Below, in pieces: positions 23,568-32,926 of a stretch of 64,000 nucleotides of DNA (position 1 is its first letter; each line of letters opens with the position of its first letter). Source of the stretch: Bythopirellula sp. (GTDB taxonomy: Bacteria > Planctomycetota > Planctomycetia > Pirellulales > Lacipirellulaceae). A program made the translations under genes and the position numbers. The stretch is from NCBI GenBank assembly GCA_965216565.1, contig OZ244170.1, positions 992,001 through 1,056,000 on the forward strand, written 5' to 3'. The notes below the pieces were generated by a model. The model saw only the letters and a program-made list of their open reading frames with translations, had not been told where the DNA came from and made no database searches.

Positions 23568-24911
23568 TTACAATATAAACTTGCTCAGGTCCTCGTCCTT
23601 CGACACCTCTTCCAACTTCTCCTGCACGTAGGCGGCGTTGACTTCTACACGGCCCATCTTCATGTCGGGGGCTTCGAAGCTGAGATCCTCGAGCAATCGC
23701 TCCATGATCGTGTGTAGCCGCCGGGCACCGATGTTTTGCGTCGATTGATTCACGTGGTGGGCGTAGCTGGCCAGGGCGTCGATGGCGTCGTCTTGAAAAT
23801 CGAGCTTCACGCCTTCGGTATCCATCAAGGCGGCGTATTGCTTTGTCAGGGCATTCCGTGGCTCGGACAGAATCCGTTTGAAGTCATCCTTGGAGAGGTC
23901 ATTCAGTTCCACGCGAATCGGAAAGCGTCCCTGCAACTCCGGCATCAAATCGCTGGGGCTACAACGATGAAACGCCCCAGCCGCGACAAACAGAATATGG
24001 TCGGTCTGCACATAGCCATAGCGGGTTTGCACTGTGGTACCTTCGACAATCGGGAGTAAGTCGCGCTGCACGCCTTGGCGAGAGACGTCCGCCCCGCGGC
24101 CACCTTCGCTTGCGACGACCTTATCCATTTCATCGAGAAAGATGATCCCGGTGTTCTCAGCCAGCTCGACGGCCAGGGTGTTAACCTTCTCTTGATTGAT
24201 AAGGGCCTCGCACTCCTGGTCGAACAGCACCTTGCGGGCCTCGGCCACGGTCATTTCGCGGCGGCTGACATTCTTCGGCAAAATCTTCTCGAGCATGCCC
24301 TGCATGTCGAAATCCATCTGATCGCCGCCCGGGCCCATGCCGGGAATCATCATCGCTTGGGCCTTTTGCTCGATGGAGATTTCCACCTTGCGGCCTTCGA
24401 GTTCGCCTCCAACCAGCATGGCCCGCATTTTCTCGCGGGTGCGCTCGTAGCGTTCCGGCGAGTCGGAACTGTCGACCCCCACTTCAAACGAAGCGGGCGC
24501 GGGAGCCAGCAAATCCACGAGCCGATCGTCGACCCGTTTCTTGGCTTCCTCCTCGACGTTGGCCAACTCTTGGGCGCGGACCAGATTGATGGCGTTTTCC
24601 ACGAGCTCGCGGATCATGCTTTCCACATCGCGGCCATAGTAGCCCACTTCCGTGTATTTGGACGCTTCCACTTTGATAAACGGCGCGCCGGTGAGCTTCG
24701 CCAGTCGACGGGCAATCTCCGTTTTACCCACGCCGGTTGGACCGATCATCAAGATGTTCTTGGGATTGATCTCTTTGCGGAGATCGCCTTCCAGTTGCTG
24801 ACGGCGCCAACGATTGCGGATGGCAATCGCCACCGATCGCTTGGCGTTGTCTTGGCCGACGATATGTCGATCGAGGTGTTCTACGATTTCTCGGGGAGTC
24901 AGATTCTTCAC
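23568..24911 (-). CDS. hslU: ATP-dependent protease ATPase subunit
   Basis: [28 protein letters not shown] and NIGARRLHT motifs; GTGA overlap with the hslV stop. Confidence 0.96.
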   Translation of the reverse strand: MKNLTPREIVEHLDRHIVGQDNAKRSVAIAIRNRWRRQQLEGDLRKEINPKNILMIGPTGVGKTEIARRLAKLTGAPFIKVEASKYTEVGYYGRDVESMIRELVENAINLVRAQELANVEEEAKKRVDDRLVDLLAPAPASFEVGVDSSDSPERYERTREKMRAMLVGGELEGRKVEISIEQKAQAMMIPGMGPGGDQMDFDMQGMLEKILPKNVSRREMTVAEARKVLFDQECEALINQEKVNTLAVELAENTGIIFLDEMDKVVASEGGRGADVSRQGVQRDLLPIVEGTTVQTRYGYVQTDHILFVAAGAFHRCSPSDLMPELQGRFPIRVELNDLSKDDFKRILSEPRNALTKQYAALMDTEGVKLDFQDDAIDALASYAHHVNQSTQNIGARRLHTIMERLLEDLSFEAPDMKMGRVEVNAAYVQEKLEEVSKDEDLSKFIL

Positions 24912-25441
24912 TTCAGCTCTTCGATGGTCAGATTTCCATTGGAATAAACGCAAATGTCGCCGGCGATTTCGAGAGACTGACGAACGATCTCCGCAGCACT
25001 CAGCGAACTATGTTTCACCAGGGCCCGCGCGGCGGACAGGGCATAATTGCCGCCGGAGCCGATACCCAGGATGCCGTCATTTGGCTGAATCACATCGCCC
25101 GTGCCGGAGACCAATAGCGTGTGCTCGGCATTCACGACGGCCAGCAGCGCCTCGAGCCTACGCAAGGCCCGGTCGGTCCGCCACTCTTTGGCAAGTTCGG
25201 TCGCCGCGCGGGGCAGGTTGGCAGGGTGGTCTTTCAGCTTGCCCTCGAACCGTTCCAACAGCGCAAACGCATCCGCTGCCGAGCCGGCAAAACCGACGAT
25301 CACACGATCGTCCAACAGGCGACGAATCTTCATCGCGTCGGACTTCATGACCGTATCGCCCATCGTCACTTGGCCGTCGCCGCCCAGGGCAACCTCACCA
25401 TTGTGGCGAACTGTCAGAATCGTCGTGGAGCGGATCTTCAT
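24908..25441 (-). CDS. hslV: ATP-dependent protease peptidase subunit
   Basis: [19 protein letters not shown] and GIGSGG motifs. Confidence 0.96.
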   Translation of the reverse strand: MKIRSTTILTVRHNGEVALGGDGQVTMGDTVMKSDAMKIRRLLDDRVIVGFAGSAADAFALLERFEGKLKDHPANLPRAATELAKEWRTDRALRRLEALLAVVNAEHTLLVSGTGDVIQPNDGILGIGSGGNYALSAARALVKHSSLSAAEIVRQSLEIAGDICVYSNGNLTIEELK

Positions 25442-25596
25442 GGGAGTGTACTAGGGGAGGTAAAACAAAAGAGAGGCGAGCACAGCATTGTCGCTAAGAT
25501 TCGCCTCGCAGGCTAGAGGGCGTATGGAACAGAATCAAAGGCCATTCTCGCTCTTAGGACAAACAATAGCCGCAACTCGACGAGTCGCCGGGGCCC

Positions 25597-25779
25597 CTAG
25601 TCATCCCGCTCTAATTTCTTCCCCTTACACAGCCACTTCTTCTTGCTGGCCGCCCGACCGCACTTCGTGCACACATACTTGGGGTCCGCCACAATTTCCT
25701 GCAGCTTGTCGAAGTATTTACGAAAATCGTCCTTCGACCAGTCGCAAAGTTCCTTGTTAAAAATCTTGGGCTGCGTCAT
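25597..25779 (-). CDS. Small Cys-containing protein (60 aa, possible zinc-binding)
   Basis: LCDWSK...VCTKCGRAA...LCK, four Cys; Lys-rich. Confidence 0.65.
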   Translation of the reverse strand: MTQPKIFNKELCDWSKDDFRKYFDKLQEIVADPKYVCTKCGRAASKKKWLCKGKKLERDD

Positions 25780-25938
25780 ACGATGTCGATACTCGGAACT
25801 TGAATTGCTATACCGTCGAAGCTATATCACACTGAATAGCCGCGATCTGATAGATCGCCGGGGCTAGGCCCTATTCTAGGCACGCCGTATCATGGTGGGG
25901 AGTGTCGCCTTCCGTGGATTCGAGCCAATTGATTAGCC

Positions 25939-26541
25939 ATGTCTGAAAACGCCCCCTCACCTGCCGTGCCGCGTAGCCCCGAATTGATGCGGCCTGCCGA
26001 TACCGCGCTGCTGGTGGTTGACATGCAAGCGCGGTTGATGCCGAGCATCTCCGATGCCGAGCGGATCACCTGGAATGCCCGTCGGCTGATCGACGGTGCC
26101 AAACTCCTGGGTGTCGAGACGTTCGCCACCGAGCAGTATCCCGAAAAACTCGGCGGCACCCTCGACGAACTGGCCGAACGGATCGACACCGAGATCCCCG
26201 CCAAGCTCACCTTCAGTTGCAGCAGTTGCGACCAGATTTTTCGCCATCTACTCGACACCGGCAAACACCGCGTGCTTATTTGCGGGATCGAAACGCATGT
26301 GTGCGTGCAGCAAACCGTGCTCGATTTGCTGGCCGCCGGTTTTCAAGTGATCCTTGCCGCCGACGCGATCAGTTCCCGCTTCGCCCTCGACCGCGACTTT
26401 GCCTTCCGACGCATGGAAGCCTCCGGCGCAGTGCTCACCACCACCGAGGCGGCGCTGTTCGAACTCTGCGAAGTGGCGGGGACCGATGAATTCCGCGCGA
26501 TCAGCAAACTGGTGAAAGAGGTGTTTGCTGGGGAGGGTTAA
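25939..26541 (+). CDS. Isochorismatase-family cysteine hydrolase
   Basis: LLVVDMQ, TEQYPEKLG, KLTFSC and GIETHVCVQQT motifs. Confidence 0.92.
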   Translation: MSENAPSPAVPRSPELMRPADTALLVVDMQARLMPSISDAERITWNARRLIDGAKLLGVETFATEQYPEKLGGTLDELAERIDTEIPAKLTFSCSSCDQIFRHLLDTGKHRVLICGIETHVCVQQTVLDLLAAGFQVILAADAISSRFALDRDFAFRRMEASGAVLTTTEAALFELCEVAGTDEFRAISKLVKEVFAGEG

Positions 26542-27277
26542 ACGCAGAGCTCGCAGAGAAGCAGAGGGCCGCGGAGAGGTTTAGCTTTACTGAGAGTGAG
26601 TGAACTACGAATGGCGAAGACAGATAACTCAACTGGCTGGAATGATCATCATGTTGAGTGGGTCATCTGTCTTGCAGTTGGTTCGGTCGGTATGGTTTTC
26701 ATTTTCGGTGTAATTGCCTATTCGCTGCACCGTGCGTCGATTAGAAGCCATCAAGAAAAGGTTGCGAGGCTTCAATCAGAATTTGACATGATAAAGCATG
26801 GCCACAGCCAAACACTTCTTACTACCGATACCGAATTGCTTCCACGGTTAATAGAAGATGAAGACTGTGTGAAAAACTTGACAAGATTAGATTTCCTTAT
26901 GGTCACGTTTACTGAGCAGGACGCCAGGGATATTTCAAAATTGTCTAACGTGACTGAAATTAATTTCTCCTACACCTATGAAACAGGGTCGGTTTTGCGA
27001 GAAGCGTCGGTATTGCCCATCGCGAAACTAAATTTCGAACAGGCAGATCTGGATATGGAATCACTAAGGCAATTAGCCGAATTCGAATATCTTAGAGAAG
27101 TGAGTTTTGGCAACTGGCTGAGCCAAGAGGAGATCGATGCGCTCGATTCACTTCCCAAACATGTTACCGTGAAGAGACCTGTAGAGATCAGACCAACCCA
27201 ATAGTCATCAGGTTTGGACAAGGTCACATTCTGACCTCCGCGGCCCTCTGCTCCTCCGCGAACTCTGCGTTTAACCC
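26535..27277. repeat. 42-bp inverted repeats (39/42 identical) at 26535-26576 and 27236-27277 bracketing one gene
   Basis: GGGTTAAACGCAGAG(C/T)TCGC(A/G)GAG(A/G)AGCAGAGGGCCGCGGAG present on opposite strands. Confidence 0.85.
26596..27204 (+). CDS. Membrane-anchored LRR-like hypothetical protein
   Basis: N-terminal TM helix, LxxLxF-type repeats (LTRLDF, VTEINF, IAKLNF, LREVSF); more AT-rich than its neighbours. Confidence 0.65.
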   Translation: MSELRMAKTDNSTGWNDHHVEWVICLAVGSVGMVFIFGVIAYSLHRASIRSHQEKVARLQSEFDMIKHGHSQTLLTTDTELLPRLIEDEDCVKNLTRLDFLMVTFTEQDARDISKLSNVTEINFSYTYETGSVLREASVLPIAKLNFEQADLDMESLRQLAEFEYLREVSFGNWLSQEEIDALDSLPKHVTVKRPVEIRPTQ

Positions 27278-28098
27278 GCCCACCCCGCCGCTTCTTCTCC
27301 GTCAAGGCGCAGGGTGAGGCATTTCGCACTGCCGCCGGCTTTGACGAATTCGTCCAGGCACGTGCCCTGGGGTTGGTAGCCGTGCTCTGTTAGCGATTGG
27401 TGCAAGCCTTCGCAGCCGGTGTTGGTGACGACGTGCTTGCCTACCACCACGGCATTGCACGCAAAGCGGCGGGCCTCGGGCTCGGCCACTTCAATCAGTT
27501 TCGGCACCTGTTCGGTGAGCACTTTTTGTCCGTATTCGTCGAAGGCCCCAGGGAACCAGATCGCCACACCCGGCTCGAGCGGACAGAAGCAGGTGTCGAG
27601 GTGGTAGTAGTACGGATCGACCAATTCCAACGGCAACACGTGCACGTCGAGCATTTCGCCAATCTGCTGATGCCCGGTGGCGTCGCTCCGCATGCGGTAG
27701 CCAGCAAACAGCGTCTCGCCGCAAAACAGCGCATCGCCGGCGCCCTCGAACGAAAAATCCGCGGGCGGATCGAGCACGTTCCAGCCGTTCGACTCCAACC
27801 ACGCGCGAAAGTGCGGCTCCTCGCCCTGGCGTTGCTCATGTTTGAAGCGAGCCAACACGGCACGCTCTTGGTAAACGATCGCCGCGTTGGCGGTGAACAC
27901 CAGGTCGGGTAATCCCTCGACCGGCGGCACCTCGGAAATCTTGGCCCCGACGTCCACCAGAATTTGCCGCAGTGCCTGCCATTGCTCAACCGCCAGACCG
28001 TGGTCCGCCTGCCGCTCGGTGCTCATCCACGGATTGATCTCGTAGTGGATACCATAATGATCCGGCGGACACATCAGGATGTGGGGTTGTTGGCTCAT
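27271..28098 (-). CDS. Amidinotransferase-fold hydrolase, arginine dihydrolase-like (N-terminal domain of ArgZ/AgrE)
   Basis: ILMCPPDHY...INPWM, PDLVFTANA, FEGAGDAL, YHLDTCFCPL and GGSAKCLTL motifs. Confidence 0.85.
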   Translation of the reverse strand: MSQQPHILMCPPDHYGIHYEINPWMSTERQADHGLAVEQWQALRQILVDVGAKISEVPPVEGLPDLVFTANAAIVYQERAVLARFKHEQRQGEEPHFRAWLESNGWNVLDPPADFSFEGAGDALFCGETLFAGYRMRSDATGHQQIGEMLDVHVLPLELVDPYYYHLDTCFCPLEPGVAIWFPGAFDEYGQKVLTEQVPKLIEVAEPEARRFACNAVVVGKHVVTNTGCEGLHQSLTEHGYQPQGTCLDEFVKAGGSAKCLTLRLDGEEAAGWAG

Positions 28099-28120
28099 TG
28101 TTGTTGAATCCAACTTCTAA

Positions 28121-28260
28121 GTGGTGAGTGGTGAGTGGTGAGTGGTGAGTGGTGAGTGGTGAGTGGTGAGTGGTGAGTGGTGAGTGGTGAGTGGTGAGTG
28201 GTGAGTGGTGAGTGGTGAGTGGTGAGTGGTGAGTGGTGAGTGGTGAGTGGTGAGTGGTGA
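28121..28260. repeat. Perfect heptamer tandem repeat (GTGGTGA)x20
   Basis: 140 nt of uninterrupted GTGGTGA units. Confidence 0.97.
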
Positions 28261-28305
28261 GTATTCCGAAATCCGGGATCAACTATCTCAGCCAGAATTA
28301 GAACG

Positions 28306-28340
28306 CTCCCTCCCCCTGGTGGGGAGGGCTGGGGAGGGGG
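28306..28340. repeat. REP-like palindrome CTCCCTCCCCCTGGTGGGGAGGGCTGGGGAGGGGG
   Basis: 19-bp core CTCCCCCTGGTGGGGAGGG is identical to 44624-44642. Confidence 0.75.
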
Positions 28341-28407
28341 GCCTTGCGTCGAGCAAGATTTCGCCTCTTTCTAACCTTCCGTATCCATGAGAGGGAATTT
28401 TATGTCC

Positions 28408-28432
28408 CCGGCGATCCGTAGGATTGCGGCTA
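28408..28432. repeat. REP-like palindrome (TAGCCGC..ATCCTACGGATCGCCGG family)
   Basis: Reverse complement is 24/25 identical to 47107-47131. Confidence 0.75.
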
Positions 28433-28441
28433 GTCTCCGAT

Positions 28442-29701
28442 TTATCCTTCCTCCAGCCTGCGCACTTCGGCGACCAGCGAGCGCAGGAACGGCTCGACGT
28501 CGGTCACTAAGCCGATCGTCTGGAAGCTGCCGCGATCGTTGAGCTTGATGACCGTCGAAGGATTGATGTCGACGCAAACAACGTTCACACTCGCAGGCAA
28601 CAGGTTGCCCACAGCAATCGAGTGCAGCGTGGTGGCAACCATCAAGCAAAACGTCACGTCCTGGATGCTCGCTCGCATGAGGCGTTGATTCTCAATGGCA
28701 TCAGTCACTACGTCAGGCAGAGGGCCGTCGTCGCGGATACTGCCAGCAAGTAGGAACTCGACGTCGTTCTTCACACATTCATACATAATGCCCGATTTCA
28801 ACGTGCCGTCCTCCACGGCCTTGGCAATCGAACCGGCACGGCGAATCCGATTGATGGCCCGCAGATGATGCTCGTGTCCGGCGTCGGCAAGACTGCCTTC
28901 CTCCACGTTCACGCCTAGGCTGGTGCCGAACAGCGACTGCTCGATGTCGTGCGTGGCCAGGGCATTGCCGGCAAAAAGTTTGTGCAGGTAACCGTCTCGC
29001 AGTAGTTCGCACACTAGCGAGCCACTCCCGGTATGCACAATCGCCGGACCGCCCACGAGCAACGATTTGCCGGCACCGTTTTTGTTTTCGAAGAGCTGCT
29101 TGGCGATACGCCGAATCACGACGCCCTTAGGCTTCTCGGTCGAAACTGCGCTGTTCATAAACGCGAAGGCATGATCTTGCTCCACACGCTCCAGTGGAAA
29201 GACCCGCACGCCCATGTGCCCCACCACAATCGACATTCCCTTGGCCACGTCCGACATGGGAATGCAGCGAACAGCATTGGTTTCTGGATCGACCGTCAGC
29301 CCGCAATCCATTTCTTGGAACGACACCGGATGCCACTGCCCGTCGATGCGGACTTCGGTCCGTTGATTGGTCGTGCTATAGAACCCTTCGGGAAAGGCCC
29401 CTGCGATGTCGGCTTCCACCAGACGACAATCTCCCCCGGCGGTGCTCAACGCGCCATGGTCGGCTATCTGCGAGAGAATCTGCTCGAGCGCCGCATTGTC
29501 GACCGCGCGGACTTCAATGGCCGCGTAACTGGGGTCTTTGCGGTCGTGCCCGATGGTGATGTTCTTGATCCGAAAACTCCCCCTGGCCGAGGTAATGGTA
29601 TCCAGCACCTTGGGTAAGATTAAGCTATCGATGATATGGCCGCGCACTTCCACATCTTCGACGGCAGGGTGGTCGACGGCGGGCGTTTTTTCGTCACTCA
29701 T
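28442..29701 (-). CDS. LOR/SDH-domain (TIGR00300-type) protein, putative ornithine cyclodeaminase (C-terminal part of ArgZ/AgrE)
   Basis: GHIIDS, PEGFYSTTN, EMDC, FAFMNSAVSTEK, GNALATHDIE, LAGSIRDDGPLP, LHSIAVGN and KLNDRGS motifs. Confidence 0.88.
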   Translation of the reverse strand: MSDEKTPAVDHPAVEDVEVRGHIIDSLILPKVLDTITSARGSFRIKNITIGHDRKDPSYAAIEVRAVDNAALEQILSQIADHGALSTAGGDCRLVEADIAGAFPEGFYSTTNQRTEVRIDGQWHPVSFQEMDCGLTVDPETNAVRCIPMSDVAKGMSIVVGHMGVRVFPLERVEQDHAFAFMNSAVSTEKPKGVVIRRIAKQLFENKNGAGKSLLVGGPAIVHTGSGSLVCELLRDGYLHKLFAGNALATHDIEQSLFGTSLGVNVEEGSLADAGHEHHLRAINRIRRAGSIAKAVEDGTLKSGIMYECVKNDVEFLLAGSIRDDGPLPDVVTDAIENQRLMRASIQDVTFCLMVATTLHSIAVGNLLPASVNVVCVDINPSTVIKLNDRGSFQTIGLVTDVEPFLRSLVAEVRRLEEG

Positions 29702-29889
29702 GGCACCTGTTCCTGGGCTGGTAGGACTTCGACAGGGGATTCTATCCGCAAAGCACTCGTTTCAAGCAGTCCGGTTGCCAACTTTCCCGGCTTTCAGTCG
29801 AGCGATTTTAGCTCTATATTAGCGGTTTATCCACAATCGCACTCTCGCTGACAAGTCGAGTAGCAAAGTCGAGTAGAAAAGCCATCCTT

Positions 29890-31113
29890 ATGGAAAACGA
29901 CAAACAGGAATCTCTCTGGGACAGTTTGGCCGATGAGTTGGGTGTCGACGCTGACCCCGATGCCAACGAGCGCAAACAGCCCGAGTCCACCGAATTGCCC
30001 TCGGCCTCTAAGCCAGACCGCTCCCCCGAGCCGCCCAAGGCCAAGCAGGGAGACTGGAATTCTCTGGCCGACGTCCTCGGTCTTGAGATTCCCGCCGACG
30101 AAGAGCCGACTGCGCAGAAGTCGGAACCCGAGAAATCTGAAGAAGAAGTGATCGGGAAATCGACCGACTCCTTCGGACAATCGCCAGAAGAGATCACGTT
30201 CGACGAACTGCCGGAGCTTTCGAGCAGTGCAGATCAGGAGATCGAAGACTTTTCGTTCGACGAAAGCGGTCTGGACGATCTGACGGCAGCAACCTCGGCC
30301 CAGACAGAGATTGATTCAGATTTGGAAGAGGCAAACTCGGGAACAGACTCCGAGGTCGAGGAAGATGAATTGGAGTCGAGCGGTATCTCTGGCGAAGCGG
30401 CCCGCGACGCCTTCGATGCCTTGTTCGCCGAAGCCACGACCGATTGGGAATTGCCTGCGAACAACGAAAGCATGTTCGATACGCCTCTGGAATTCAGTCG
30501 GCTCGCTGACGAGGAAGACTCTGAAACCGATTCTTCAGACATTGAATCAGAAGTCGAGGAAGCAAAAGAGGAATCTGCCGAAGAAGAGCCCTCCGAAAAG
30601 CCGAAACGTCGCCGCCGTCGCCGTCGGCGTGGTCGCCGCGGACGCGGGGACAAAGCCGAGCAAGAGGACAAATCCGGGCAATCCGAATCGGAAGGCTTGG
30701 AGGACGCCGTTGAGGGAGACGCCGGCGAAGGCAAGGACGGCGAAGAAGCGGATTCCGAAGATGGCGAGAAGCAGCAGCGCCCAAAACGACGCCGCCGACG
30801 TCGAGGACGACGAGGCGGAGGCGAAGGCCGCAAACCGCGTGAGTCGGCTGAAGGTGATGATGATGCTCTTGAGAATGACGACGACGAGTTTGGCGCACTT
30901 GGCGACGATGGCGACTCAGAAGACGCAGAGGGTAACGGTTCGGCATCTCCGCGGCAGCGGGCCAGCCATCGCAATTTGCCCACCTGGTCGGAAGCAATCG
31001 GCTGCATCGTCGACTCGAACCTCGAACAGCGCAGCAAAGCTCCCGCCAAGCAGTCTTCCTCCCGCGGCCGGGGACGTGGTCGTGGACGCCGGAAGAACTC
31101 GAACCGCGACTAA
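29890..31113 (+). CDS. Very acidic, probably disordered protein with poly-Arg/RG blocks
   Basis: D/E/S-rich; repeated WDSLADELG/WNSLADVLG; two RRRRRRRGRRG blocks; C-terminal LPTWSEAIG and RGRGRGRGRR. Confidence 0.75.
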   Translation: MENDKQESLWDSLADELGVDADPDANERKQPESTELPSASKPDRSPEPPKAKQGDWNSLADVLGLEIPADEEPTAQKSEPEKSEEEVIGKSTDSFGQSPEEITFDELPELSSSADQEIEDFSFDESGLDDLTAATSAQTEIDSDLEEANSGTDSEVEEDELESSGISGEAARDAFDALFAEATTDWELPANNESMFDTPLEFSRLADEEDSETDSSDIESEVEEAKEESAEEEPSEKPKRRRRRRRRGRRGRGDKAEQEDKSGQSESEGLEDAVEGDAGEGKDGEEADSEDGEKQQRPKRRRRRRGRRGGGEGRKPRESAEGDDDALENDDDEFGALGDDGDSEDAEGNGSASPRQRASHRNLPTWSEAIGCIVDSNLEQRSKAPAKQSSSRGRGRGRGRRKNSNRD

Positions 31114-31158
31114 TGCTGGTCGGGGTTCGCAACGTACTTCAAGCCGCTCAAGGTTGCA

Positions 31159-31187
31159 GTAGGGAATGCCACTGGCTGTGCCAGTGC
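31159..31187. repeat. GTAG-initiated REP-like hairpin
   Basis: GTAGGGAATGC-CACTGGC-TGT-GCCAGTG-C, intergenic. Confidence 0.5.
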
Positions 31188-31255
31188 ACACGCATCTACG
31201 GTAGGCGCTTCGATTTTCACATTGGTGGCCACCGCACTCCGATTAAGGGAATGTC

Positions 31256-32896
31256 ATGTCTTCAGCTAGTTTCAGCATTCGAGGAAATGTGGTCGACATC
31301 GTCGGCAAACAAACGTACGCCGCGGAAGTGCAAGTTGCTGAGGGGCGGATTTCCTCGATCGAGCCGATAGACGAGTCGCCTTCGAATTTTCTCTTACCCG
31401 GCTTTATCGATTCTCATGTGCATGTGGAAAGTTCGATGCTAGTTCCCAGTGAATTTGCTCGAGCCGCAGTGCTGCACGGGACGGTGGCCACGGTGAGCGA
31501 TCCTCACGAAATCGGAAACGTGCTGGGCGTCGCCGGCGTTCACTACATGCTGGAAAACGGAGCGCAGACTCCTTTTAAGTTTTACTTCGGGGCTCCTTCG
31601 TGTGTGCCGGCCACTACATTCGAGACGGCCGGCGCGACCATCACCGTCGACGAAGTCCGCGAATTGCTCGACGACGACCGAATCGTTTACTTAAGCGAGA
31701 TGATGAACTTTCCAGGCGTGTTGGGTGGAGACCCCGAGTGCCTGGCAAAGATTGCCGCCGCCCAAGAGCGCGGCAAGCCGGTTGACGGGCATGCCCCTGG
31801 ATTGCGGGGAGAACAGGCGGCTGCCTATGTGGCCGCGGGGATGTCGACCGACCATGAGTGCTTCACCAAGGAGGAGGCACTCGATAAGCTCGCGGCCGGG
31901 TGCAAGATTTCGATTCGCGAAGGCTCCGCCGCGCGTAATTTCGATGCCTTGTACACACTCATCGGCGAATACCCCCAACAAACTATGCTCTGCAGCGACG
32001 ACAAGCATCCCGACGAACTGCTTGTCGGACATATCAATCTCTTGGTGAAACGGGCCGTTGAGCGCGGCATCGATCTTTACAATGCCCTGCAGGCTGCCTG
32101 CATCAATCCCATCGAACACTACCAACTCGAAGTGGGCCAGCTACGCGTGGGCGACCCGGCCGATTTCATTGAAGTCGATTCGCTCGAGTCCTTCAGCGTC
32201 ACTCGAACTTGGATCGATGGAGAATTAATGGCAGAGAATGGTAAGACAACGATTGCCCGCGTCGAGCCACCCGTTGCCAACCAGTTTGTCGCTCAAACCG
32301 TGACTCCCGAAATGCTTGCCGTGGCTGAAGAAGCTGGGCAGCTGCAGGTTATCGAAGCGCTTGATGGACAACTGATTACAAACCGATTAGCTGTGCAGCC
32401 CGCGATCGCAGACGCTCAAGTTGTCTGCGATGTTGAAAGCGACGTGCTCAAGATGGTCGTTGTGAATCGATACCAAGAAGCCCCGCCCGCAGTCGCTTTT
32501 GTAAAGAACTTTGGCCTCAAACGGGGAGCGATGGCTTCGAGCGTGGCGCACGATTCGCACAATGTGATTGCCGTGGGTGCGAATGACAAAGACTTGGCTG
32601 CGGCAATCAACGCCGTGATGGAAGCCGGCGGGGGTTTAAGTGCCGTGTGTGAGGCAGAGGAAGTAAATCACGTGCTCCCGCTACCTGTGGCAGGCCTCAT
32701 GGCTACCGGCACGTGCGAGGAAGTTGGTGCTGCCTACGAACAACTCGACCAGGCAGTGAAAGACTGGGGCTCGCAGCTTCGTGCCCCTTATATGACCCTT
32801 TCCTTCATGGCGCTGCTCGTGATTCCAGAACTCAAGCTCAGCGACCTTGGTTTGTTTGACGGCGGGAAGTTTGAGTTCACACCACTCTTGGGCTAG
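31256..32896 (+). CDS. ade: Adenine deaminase
   Basis: PGFIDSHVHVESS, DPHEIGNV, EMMNFPG, DGHAP, TDHEC, REGSAARN and SVAHDSHN motifs. Confidence 0.95.
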   Translation: MSSASFSIRGNVVDIVGKQTYAAEVQVAEGRISSIEPIDESPSNFLLPGFIDSHVHVESSMLVPSEFARAAVLHGTVATVSDPHEIGNVLGVAGVHYMLENGAQTPFKFYFGAPSCVPATTFETAGATITVDEVRELLDDDRIVYLSEMMNFPGVLGGDPECLAKIAAAQERGKPVDGHAPGLRGEQAAAYVAAGMSTDHECFTKEEALDKLAAGCKISIREGSAARNFDALYTLIGEYPQQTMLCSDDKHPDELLVGHINLLVKRAVERGIDLYNALQAACINPIEHYQLEVGQLRVGDPADFIEVDSLESFSVTRTWIDGELMAENGKTTIARVEPPVANQFVAQTVTPEMLAVAEEAGQLQVIEALDGQLITNRLAVQPAIADAQVVCDVESDVLKMVVVNRYQEAPPAVAFVKNFGLKRGAMASSVAHDSHNVIAVGANDKDLAAAINAVMEAGGGLSAVCEAEEVNHVLPLPVAGLMATGTCEEVGAAYEQLDQAVKDWGSQLRAPYMTLSFMALLVIPELKLSDLGLFDGGKFEFTPLLG

Positions 32897-32926
32897 CCGA
32901 AGCTACCGACGCTTGCGAGGTATTCG

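Noticed and set aside
27986..28282. ORF with (LTTHHSP)n repeats, or a possible CRISPR array
   Set aside because: It is simply the translation of the heptamer tract and overlaps the real gene start; there are no spacers or cas genes.
30234..31162. Long alternative-frame and antisense ORFs (271, 283 and 212 aa)
   Set aside because: Shadows of the low-complexity GC-rich gene at 29890-31113.
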